From assembly GCF_009914755.1 (NCBI RefSeq), contig NC_060929.1: a DNA stretch of 64,000 nt; one strand, 5' to 3'. The position numbers were made by a program, and so were the translations under genes. Numbering within the stretch: position 1 is the first letter of the stretch; each line of letters opens with the position of its first letter. Source of the stretch: the human T2T-CHM13v2.0 reference genome, Homo sapiens. Positions 53,585 through 64,000 of the stretch are shown here, piece after piece. The notes under the pieces were generated by a model. The model had not been told where the DNA came from, did not search any database, and saw nothing but the letters and a program-made list of their open reading frames with translations.

Positions 53585-53878
53585 TTTTTTTTTTTTTTTT
53601 TTTTTGACAGAGTCTCTGTCACCTGGGCTGGAGTGCAGTGGCATAATCACAGTTCACTGCAGCCTTAAGTTCTTGGGCTGTAGAGATGTTCTTGCCTCAT
53701 CCTCCTGAGTAGCTGGGACTACAGGTGCATGCCACTATGCTCAGCTAATATGTTTAGAAATGGGGTCTTCCTATCTTGCCCAAGCTGGTCTCAAACTCCT
53801 GGCCTTAAGCAATCCTCCAGCCTTGGCCTCCTAAAGTGTTGGGATTACAGGTGTAAGCCTGTAAGCCACCACATCCAG

Positions 53879-53880
<2 letters not shown>
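53585..53880 (-). mobile_element. AluJ
   Basis: J-type cactgcagcctt, ggccttaagcaatcctcc; poly-T at left. Confidence 0.92.
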
Positions 53881-53937
<57 letters not shown>

Positions 53938-54026
53938 GTATGTATGTATATATATAACTATAATATATGTAATATATATGATATATAAGCCCATAATATA
54001 CTAATATATGTATATATTAGTATATT
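53880..54026. repeat. (TC)n-(TA)n compound microsatellite with AT palindrome
   Basis: Seen directly. Confidence 0.95.
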
Positions 54027-55566
54027 GCAGAATTTGGTTGAATAATAGTTTGTTGTGAATTTTTGTATTATGTTCATGAAGTATATTGTCTGGTAGTTTT
54101 CTTATAATGGCTTTGCATGATTTTAGTATAAGGGTAATACTGGCTTCATAAAAGCCATTGAGAAGTGTTCCCTCATCTTCTATTTATTTGGAAGAGATTG
54201 CTTAGAAATGGTATTATTTAGTCCTTGTGTATCTATTTGCTTTTTACTTTAAATATCTATTTTAAAATTTTTCTTTAATTCTATCGGGTATTGTCTCATA
54301 TATTTTGAAGTTTTATTTTAGGTAAATTTACAGTTAGCAGTTTTATATCTTCTTGGAAAATTAACCTCCTTATCAATAGATAATGTCTCATTTTATCACC
54401 TAAGTACTCTTTCTTCTGAAATCTGCATTGTTTGGTATTAATATAGCGAATCCAGCTTTCTTTTGCTTAGTGTTTGTATGATATATCTCTTGCCATTCTT
54501 TTACTTTACCTTCATATTAAATTAGATTTCTTGAAGACAGCATATGATTGGGTCTTACTTTTATATACAATTTAAAAATCTCTCTTTTTAACTGGTGTGT
54601 TTGGACCATTCACATTTAAAATTATCACTGATATAAATACAACAAATTCTACCATCTTTCTGGCAGTTTTTTTATTTGTTCTATTTTATTTTTCTGCCTT
54701 CTTTTGATCTGAGTATATGTTATAAACTAGTTTTATCTCCTCTATTGACTTCATTTATACTTCAATTATACTTCATTTTAAAAGAATTATTGATTTTCAG
54801 GGTTTGCAATATAAAGTTTTATTTAATCTGAGTTTACATTTTAACTTAATTGTACTGAATCAAGTATAATGTACAGACCTTACAATAGTATATTTCCAAT
54901 TTTTTGCTCCCATGGTCTATGCTATTGTCATAATTCTCTTTTTACTCGTGCTATAAACACATAGAACATTGGTCCTAATTTTGTTTTAGGCAGTCAGAGG
55001 TTAAAACAAATTAAACAGAAGGAAAGATACAGATTTTACACTACCAGGATTTATTCCATTCCTGACACACTTTATGTTTGTGTAGATCCAAGTTTCTGAT
55101 TGATACCATGCATCTTTGCCTGAAGAACTTCCTGAAGACTTACCAATGTAAGTGTGTTCTCAAAGCAGTCCCTCCACTTTTCATTGTGTGAAAAAATTTC
55201 ATTAATTTAAAAATGTTATTTTTGCCAGATACAGAATCGAAGATTGCCAGGTTTTTTTTTTTCTTTTAACACTTTAAGAATATCACTCAATTGTCTTCTA
55301 TTATGCCTAGGTTTCTTACAAGGAATTCTGCTATCATCCTGACATTTGTTCCTCTGCAGGTAATGTGTTTTTCTCCTCTGGCTATCTTCAAGATATTCTC
55401 TTTCTCCTTGGTTTTTAGCAGTTTGAATATTATGCCTAGGTGTTCATTTTTTTTTTCTATATTTATCCTACATGCTTTTTTCTAAGCTCTTGTATCTGCA
55501 GTTTGGTGTCTGTCACTAATTATGAGAAATTCTTGGAAATGATTTCTTCAAATATTTCTCTGTCCA

Positions 55567-55863
55567 GCCAGGCATGGTGCCTCACACCAGTAATCCTAGT
55601 ACTCTGGGAGGCCAAGGCAGGTGGATCACTTGAGGCCAGGAGTTTGAGACCAGCCTGGTCAACATGGTGAAACCCCATCTCTACTAAAAATACAAAAATT
55701 AGTTGGGTGTGGTGGTGCATGCCTATAATCCCAGCTACTCAGGAGGCTAAAGGCAGAAGAATAGCTTGAATACCAGAGGTGGAGTTTGCAAACAGCTGAG
55801 ATGGCACCACTGTACTCCAGCCTGGACAACACAGCAACTCCGTCTCAAAAAAACCTATATATT

Positions 55864-55921
<58 letters not shown>
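55567..55921 (+). mobile_element. Alu (old S / J-like) with (TA)n-expanded tail
   Basis: Dimer 55567-55853; TSD atatttctctgYcca at 55552 and 55922 brackets the (TA)n. Confidence 0.93.
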
Positions 55922-57869
55922 ATATTTCTCTGCCCATTTTTTTCTTTCTTCTGCTAGAATTCCAAAGATCCATGTTAGTCTTTTCCAGAGCTCTTAGGTA
56001 CTCTGTTCTTTTTACTGCTCAATTTTTTTTTCTCTTTGCATTTTATTTTGAGAGATTTCTATCAACTTTCTTTGTGTTCACTTAGTCTTTCCTTGACTGC
56101 ATTGCGTCTACTTACTAATGAATCTATCAAAAGGATTCTTCATTTCTATTACTATATTTTTAGTTTATAGCATTGCTATTTGATTATTTCTTACAGAGTC
56201 AGTATTTTTTATATTACCTGTCTGATAGTTTATGTTTTTTATCTTTCCCATCAGAGACTTTAACACATGTATAATAAGTATTTTAAGTTCCTTGTCACCC
56301 ATACTGTATCTGAGTCTGATTCTGATGGTTGCATTTTCTCTTCAGAGTTTTTTTTCCGTTGACTTTTTCAATACCTTGTGCTTTTATTGTTGAAATCTGG
56401 GCTTCTTGCTCAAAACAGTAGATACTGAGGTAAATATGTTTTTGATGCTTAAAGATGAGCACACGTCTTTTTTTCCCTGCCATGGATGAGTGTGGGAGTT
56501 TTATTAATCTAGACAGGAGTTGGGCTGACTTTAATATTTGCTGTTGCTATGGTTTCTCTTAGCACACCACAGTCTACATTCTTCTAGTGGTAATGTGTGT
56601 TTAAGGTGTCGACTGGTTTATTAGCTGCTATTTTCTTGTTGTCATCTCCTCCTTCTCTTTGGATGTTCTTTTACTGTTGCTCTAGAGAGAGAATCTGTCT
56701 TTTGTAGCCCTCCCAGCTACTTCCCATTAGTATTTTCACTTGATGCTGATTAGCCTGATGATACAAGGCAGGAAAGGAAGGAGAACATCTCAGATGTTCT
56801 GGTGAAGCCTCAGTCTTTCGTAGGTGCTGTACCCTGTTTCAGAGTATGGCCGTTACAAGTATTCTTGCCACTCCTCCACCTATAGTGCTGGGCCTATGAT
56901 ATATTCCTGCCTCTACTCCATACATAATGCATTTTCTCTTTGCTTCCTTCCCTAGCTGCTTTTTCTAGTACCTTAAAGCAACAATTTTGTTGCTCTTCCT
57001 CCCTCACATCAAGGCTTTCCTTCCCTAGGGGAGATAAAGGACAGGGTTCTAGTTCTAGTTTCTGCAGTGGTTACTGGTCCTCTCCCCTAGTCAGTACCAA
57101 GAGAATATATTTTTCAGGATTCTCCATGATCCTCCCTGTGAGTGCCTGGTAAGGTTTATGGAGAAAAGCTTACAAAGGGTGCAAATTACCCTATATCTGT
57201 GGTCCCCAGGTGCAGTATATCTATCAATAGCCTACAATTGGTATTTAGCATTAGAAAATTTAACTGTATGTTCTTACCATATAAAGCATAAGTTAGCATC
57301 TTCCTCAGATATGGAAGTAGTCAGATCCTGTCTTCACCTATACAGACCTATCTCTCCCCAGATTTGGGGCTACATTTTTGCTGGGCAGCCTCAATTTTCT
57401 GGTGGTTTCAAGAAATTATTAATGTGCAGTTTGCGTAGCACTTTCTTTGTTGGAAAGGTAGGAGCAATGCTCTTGCCAGCTCTAAATCACTGTGCTAGAA
57501 CCAGAACAATTAATTGTTAATGATTTTGAAAATGAGAGGTTCAAAGTCCACAGTATAAATATGATTAAAGATTGCCTCCTAACTTTCCTAAATCTATTTC
57601 CAATAGCCATGAATTTCACTTTGTACTTTGAGTATGGGCTGATATTTGAATTGACAAAGAGTTTACTTTGCCGACCAACAACCATTTAGGGTTCAAGCAG
57701 CAGAAATTCGATGGTATCAGTATCTTGTTTTCCCACAACAGCATTAATGTGCTATATAAATCAATTCTCTCAGTGGAGAATCCTTGCTGCTCCTTAAACA
57801 CTGTCCTCTGTGGCTATACAGGTGTTTCTGTGTCTTTATGTAGTATAATCCTATTAGCAGTGCCTGTGT

Positions 57870-58060
57870 AACACTTCACACATTTACCAGTTCTTTTTAG
57901 ATATAGAACTCATTGATAATAACAGATCTGAAAATTTAGGCATTACTGTTATTATTATTGTCTCTCTTTTACTGATCAAGGAACTAAAGATTATATGAGG
58001 GGACCTACCTATGGTCATAAGCAAGTATCAAGTAGAACTGAACCCCAGACTTGCAGCTTC
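57870..58060 (-). mobile_element. MIR
   Basis: ttttactgatcaaggaactaaag...ggtcataagcaagtatcaagtagaactgaacccca. Confidence 0.55.
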
Positions 58061-58266
58061 CATTTTGTTTCTCTAAGTTGCATAGTAAAGTTCTCATATA
58101 ATTCATTCACTTGTTCATTAATTCAACACACATTTATTAGAGAACTTCTCTGTTTATGGCATATACTTAGACTGGGAACTAAAATTAGAATCCAGTCTTA
58201 AGATTCCTGGAATTTATAACATGGTGAAAAAAAAAAACATGACAAGTAAAATATTGTAATGGTATC

Positions 58267-58608
58267 TGTATTAGTTCATTTTCACACGGCTATAAACAAC
58301 TTCCCAAGACTGGGTAATTTATAAAGAAAGGAGATTTAATTGACTCACAGTTTTGTATGGCTGGAGAGAAACTTACAATCATGGTGGAAGGGAAGCAGCC
58401 ACCTTCTTGACAAGGTGGCAGGAGAGAGGGGAGGTGAGTGAAGAGTAACTTGCCAAACACTTGTAAAATCATCAGATCTCGTGAGAACTCACTATTATGA
58501 GACCAGCCTGGGGGAAACACCCCCACAATCCAATCACCTCCCACCAGGTTCCTGGGGGTTACACTTCAATATGAGATTTGGGTGGGGACACAAATCCTAA
58601 CCATATCA
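58267..58608 (-). mobile_element. THE1D/MSTA-type solo LTR
   Basis: tgtattag...gagatttgggtggggacaca...ccatatca; 5-bp TSD GTATC. Confidence 0.93.
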
Positions 58609-59116
58609 GTATCTGATGTTGAGAAGAAGAGCATAGATTTTGGGGCCACACGAAGAGTTGTTCAAATTCCTATTTTGTTATTTTCTAGCTAGGTGAGCTT
58701 AGAAAATTAGTTTACATTTTAAAGTTTTTATTCAAATGAGACAGTAAGTACTTTTGCAAGATCTTTACTAGCACTGGGAATATATCCTTCCTTGCCCATA
58801 TCAGAGGAGAGAGAGGGATGGACTCTTCCCTCAATCGTCTAAGAAAAGAACTAAGGTTTGTTTTGATTGGACCGTCTCTGAAACAATCACTGTGGTAGAG
58901 GAAAAAGGTCAGTCTGTCATAAAAATGCATGGTTGTTGTCCCATTGGGAAGGAGTAGAATCAATGCTGTGGAGACACCCATTGTTGTTCTTCCTAATTTT
59001 TTCATCATGAGCAGTAGGGCTTCTTCATTTGCTTTCAGCTATTTCTTTTCCTTCATTTAACATTACTGATGTTTCAGTTTTTCATTTCTAAGAATTAGGT
59101 AGCCTATATATGTGGG

Positions 59117-59145
59117 GGGTGTGTGTGTGTGTGTGTGTGTGTGTG
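59117..59145. repeat. (GT)n microsatellite
   Basis: Seen directly. Confidence 0.95.
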
Positions 59146-59226
59146 CATATTTTGGTAGAACATGTGGTAGAGAAGAACTGATTCTCCCTTAAGAAAAAAT
59201 ACTCATCAAGCCTCACTGAATACACC

Positions 59227-59498
59227 CATATTGGTCTGTTCTCATGCTGCTAATAGAGACATACCTGAGACTGGGTAATTTAGGGAAAGAAGTTTAATGG
59301 ACTCACAGTTCCACATGGCTGGGGAGGCTTCACAATCATGGTGGAAGGTAAAGCAGAAGCAAAGGCACATCTTACATGACAGCAGGCAAGAGAGCTCATG
59401 CAGAGGAACTCCCATTTATAAATCCATCAGATCTTGACATGTGGGAATTATTACAATTCAAGGCGAGATTTGGGTGGGGACACAGCCAAACCATATCA
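59227..59498 (-). mobile_element. THE1B-type solo LTR, internally deleted
   Basis: ctgttctcatgctgctaatagagacatacctgagactgggtaattt...ggggacacagccaaaccatatca; 5-bp TSD ACACC. Confidence 0.93.
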
Positions 59499-59649
59499 AC
59501 ACCTAAATTCCATAATAATATTAATGATGATAATATGTAATAATGTGACTACTTTTAGTTTTATTTGCTTTCCAAGTGTGGTTAAATACATGATTCTATA
59601 CTGATCTTTATACATTATGAAAGTAGATTTTTTTTTTTGCCACCTATTT

Positions 59650-60590
59650 TGTTCACCCTTAGGTGAGATAAGAAGGCCAGCAGGGGCTGGAGTTGAGTAT
59701 TTCTTGTCCCTTAGGTTGGTGAAGCACTGGCAAAAACTGTCAGTTAGGCTCTGATAAAATAGTTTTCCTTGAGAACAGGACACATTAAAAACAGAATGCT
59801 CTCAGCTTATTTCACAATGGTTACTTTTCCCCTTCCCCTGCCAGAAATATGAGGATATTTTTCTCTCATCTTCCCCTGAGAACCTGGTAGGATTCCTGAG
59901 AAGTCCAAGATCAAGGCAGTGGCCGGTTTAGTTGTCTAGTGAGGGCTGCATCTTCTGGAAGAGAGGAACACTGTGTGTTGACATGCCAGAAAGCAGAAGG
60001 GCAAAAGGGACTATAACTCCGTGAGGCAAATTTGAGGGCACTTAATCCCATTCTTGAGGACAGAACCCTCATGATTCAACCACCTCTCAAAGGCCAAATC
60101 TCCCAATATTTATTGTACTGGAGATAAAGTTTCAGCATGAATTTTAGAAGACACAAAGACATTCAAATGACAGCAGCTTCGATAAAGTTTCAGCATGAAT
60201 TTTGGAAGAGACAAAAACATTCAAACTGTAGCAGCTTCTAACATTAACCCTCCAACCCCCTTCCCCACAAGAATTTCAAACTCTCAAACTTGCCTATACT
60301 GAACTCCCAGTAATTTACAAATTATATAGTTTAAGTCCCCACTGCCCCCGCCCAGCCCCCTGTACCAGCTCTAGCAGAAGTTTTTCTCCAGACTTCTGCT
60401 CCAGTAAATCATGATTCTTTGTATCCACCTGTCTCATGAATTTTGAGGGCAGTGGTTTGCCCTGTGACCTCAATTATCTGATGGACCTAAGAAAAGTTGT
60501 TGATTTTCAGTTTGTTCAAGTTTTTTCTTGTTGTAAGGATGAGAGTTATAACTTCTATGCGCCTTATAAGCTGGACAGGAAACTGGAAAT
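59650..60590 (-). mobile_element. Ancient L1M 5'UTR fragment interrupted by an MST LTR
   Basis: Similar to 57000-57510 (gtggtttgccctgtgacctcaatt...aagaaaagttgttgattttcagtttgttca). Confidence 0.65.
59897..60233 (-). mobile_element. MSTC/MSTD-type LTR fragment
   Basis: gaagtccaagatcaagg...cttaatcccatt...ccctcatga...aagtttcagcatgaatttt...acattcaaac..tagca. Confidence 0.85.
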
Positions 60591-60989
60591 CTAAGTAATT
60601 TTGCAAAAGATAAATAACTAGCAAGTGATTCTGATGTTGATCTCTTTTATAATCAAAAGGAAACATTTTCTTTAGTTTTGGTAAACACGTCTTTCCTTAT
60701 TATTAACTTGACATAAAGCTGTCTTATACCTTCACTTGAAGTACATGCTACCACAGTCTTTACTGTACTTTATGACTTTAGTGAATTCAGTATTCCAACT
60801 AGCAAACTTCACCAGTATACATGGTGTGTATGCAGATGTTGCAAAAATGAGTTTGCTTCAAATTTGTCGGCACTAATTTTGTTTTGGTTGCAGATCTGCA
60901 ACATATGTGCAGTTAGGTAGAAATTCAGAATCAAAAGTACAGTGGTTTGGGCCCCATACTTTTTAAAGTGCTAAGATTTGCAATAAAAT

Positions 60990-61170
60990 TGACTCGTGCT
61001 TTAATTTCACTGTATATCCTGTTGTTGGTGACTTAACTTCTCTCAGCTTCACTTTCTCACCAGGGAAATGGGGATAATAATATCTAACTCAGAGAGTTAT
61101 TTTGAAGATTAAATAAGATGATATGTAAAGGGCTAAGTACAATGTCCAGCACACAGAGTGCCCCAAATTA
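60990..61170 (+). mobile_element. MIR
   Basis: gacttaacttctctcagcttcactttctc...aaatggggataataata...gaagattaaataagat. Confidence 0.75.
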
Positions 61171-61224
61171 TCATTGTTTTTCCGCGTGGATCTGAAATGG
61201 ATCTCAGAACAGGGTAAGAAAGAT

Positions 61225-61400
61225 TATTTCACGTTGACAATCTGTAGTGTGGCATGGGCATATTTAAGGACAAACCACCTCTCAGCTCCTGGAAGTATTT
61301 AAGGAAGAATATTCTCCTCTGAGGATGTAGGAAAGGAGATTTTGCTTTGGGTAAGAGTTAACTAGATGACCTGTAAGAGCCCATACAACTCTGAGTGTCT
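61225..61400 (+). mobile_element. MIR3-like
   Basis: gagttaactagatgacctgtaagagcccatacaactctgagtgtct resembles the MIR3/L3 tail. Confidence 0.5.
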
Positions 61401-62971
61401 GATTTAATTAGAAAATGCCATCATTAGAGTTCTGTTTATATTTGAGATGTCAGATTTAATTACTGGCTTCAAGAATTGTTTTCTTACCTCATTAAAGTTA
61501 TTAGTACCTATTATGCCTTTCGGGGATTATTAATTGATTTGAAATTTTCAAGTAGCATTCAGAGACTCGTAAGATCATTGACTAGGCTATGAATTTCCTT
61601 AAAATATAAAGTTCTTCTGATTCAGAGGTCTCAGAAATGTTTTGTGTTGCCAGCACAGATTTTTCTTCTAATTAAAATTAGTTTCAGCATGTAAGGACTG
61701 TACACATAGTGGTCTGGAAGTGATATTGCCAAAATTAGTTGTTTCAGGACTCTGGATAGAACATATGCTCTCCAGTAAGCCACAGTCCCTACCACTCCCT
61801 AATGTTCTACACAGAGCCTGCTTTATTCATTTTTATTGCTTGCTCGTTCTCTCTGGGAATTTGAGTTTGCAACTTCCACTCTAATTTTTTTTTTATTGTT
61901 CCTATTCATTCTTTCCCGTTACTTAAATTGAACCCTTAATTTTTAAACATAGTATGGAAATTCAGGACAAGGACAAATTGGGTTACATAAAAAGTTGTTG
62001 AACTTTTAGTGGTGTATTTTGATCTAATTTTCTAAAGACTGGTGAGATTTTTTTTTTAAAAAGAAGAGATCCTATGTTCTCAAAGGGGGAAGGGCAGCAG
62101 CTACATTGTCAAGAGGAGCTATATATATACATATATACATATATATAACTGTTACATCATGAATCAATAAAAGCTCAGAGAAAGTTTGAAAAGAAAAAAA
62201 GAACTAGGCTGAAAAGTTAGATCTATCCCTAGTTACATAGATCAAACTGGCAGAATTTGGCTTACAACGATTCAATAGAAGAGAAATATACTTAGGTGTG
62301 CTATCAAATAACTTCATGCATGTGAATGTGAAAAATGAGCTAAAAATTATAGATTGAATACAAAAACATCTGGCTTTGGGATTGGGTTGCCAATTAAGCA
62401 TACTGATTTGCACATTTAAAAAAATGTCCTAAAAAATGTATTTAGATGAAGGCCTTAAAACCAAAACAGTATCATTGTGAATAAAAGTTTTTTTGGAAAA
62501 AAAAAAACACAATATGGTAACGTGTATCTACCTTGCTATGTTTTAAATGGAAACATTCTATAATATCATGTACTATTCTTTGTTCATTCACTTGACATCT
62601 GGATTAATTGTGAACATAATATCAATTTTATACTCTTGGCTCAAAACATGTTACGTCACTATAGTTCTAAATAGATATTTTATTTGTGGTATTCATATAT
62701 CTTCTAAGAAAAATAGATTTTTCAGTAACAGATAAAGTACACACTAAATATAGATATTTGAAAATATTGATGAAAATCTGGAATAATATTTTAACTGTAA
62801 TGTAATTCTTAAGTTATGTAAAAAAGAACTGACTCGTGGCTTTTGTAAGTAAATTTTACACAACGTATATATAGGCTACCAAATGATACAGATATGGTTG
62901 TGCTGCAATAAGAATTGTACTTTTTATATTATTCTATCAATAGTTACATTAAATCCTATTTAAGAAGCTAG

Positions 62972-63347
<376 letters not shown>

Positions 63348-64000
63348 TGAGCAATGAAAAGATGATTTTTAAAAAAAAGGTTGAATAGAAAAACAGCCAG
63401 CAACGGTAATCCATTCTGGATACAATTTTGCTTTTTATGAATAAGTCTGTAAAATATCAACATAAAGAATGTAGCTTTTGTATGAACACGGCCACAATAC
63501 TGAAAGCCAGTTCAAATACTGAACATTTTACAATTCTTATGACATGGGATTACACCCTTGTGGCTCACCTAGCATATGTTTCATTGGTTTGATTTTACAA
63601 CTCAAAGAGGAGGAAAATACAAAGTAAATCATTTGTGTTTTTTTTTTTTAAATCTGTCATTGCATTTTTCTGTGCTATTTAGGAAATGCAATACAAAAGT
63701 GCTCTCTGGATATTTATGAGTATTTCAAATTTCATGTGTATTAAAATACCAGTATCATTAATAAATGCTCACTTTATGTGAGGTAGTATCCAGAACCACC
63801 AGAACAACAAGAACTTTGTGATTAAAGCAGGAACACTATAAGGGATATTTACTAGCCCATATAAACATTTTACCAGCTCATTCTGTCCCATGGAACTATA
63901 GTGAAAAGAATTGGCATTTGTAACTGCTGTCCAGTATCAATGGTTGCAGACTAGTGAAGCAGGCAATAACTTTCATTTCTCCTAGCTTGAGGAAATGGTA

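Larger units (their letters stand above)
49640..57510 (-). mobile_element. Decayed ancient L1M (L1MC4/MD-like): 3'UTR, ORF2/ORF1 remnants and 5'UTR, with nested insertions
   Basis: L1MC-type 3'UTR text (aaactaaactacagatc, tttagttgtcttgtctcctt), T-rich antisense ORF2 text (tatggctgagtagtattccattgtatg, ccagctttcttttgcttagtg) and 5'UTR-like 56500-57510. Confidence 0.85.

Noticed and set aside
58267-59498. Two THE1 LTRs as one provirus
   Set aside because: Each has its own 5-bp TSD, they differ in subfamily, and no internal sequence lies between them

Overview
AT-rich, repeat-dense simian primate (probably human) genomic DNA, intronic or intergenic in character. It carries Alu J/S/Y, an L1PA fragment, THE1/MST/MLT LTRs, Made1/Made2, MER5/MER58/MER47, L2, MIR, a CR1 fossil and a ~8 kb decayed L1M. 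I recognise no known protein-coding exon and cannot name the locus; the listed ORFs look like chance or repeat-derived frames. The most interesting non-repeat signal is a set of well-formed + strand splice sites suggesting a spliced, probably non-coding transcript (candidate exons 4356-4454, 8294-8349 and a terminal exon 14503-~14925). Joining the last two gives a 36-aa micro-ORF whose ATG overlaps the stop of a uORF. There are also three promoter/first-exon-like islands (~18.4 kb, ~28.9 kb, ~48.1 kb) and a textbook 87-nt mini-intron at 41.3 kb. Clear mobile-element oddities include a twin-primed (5'-inverted) L1PA, several nested insertions and a duplicated LTR end. Repeat subfamily names come from recalled consensus sequences, not a search, and boundaries of old repeats are approximate.
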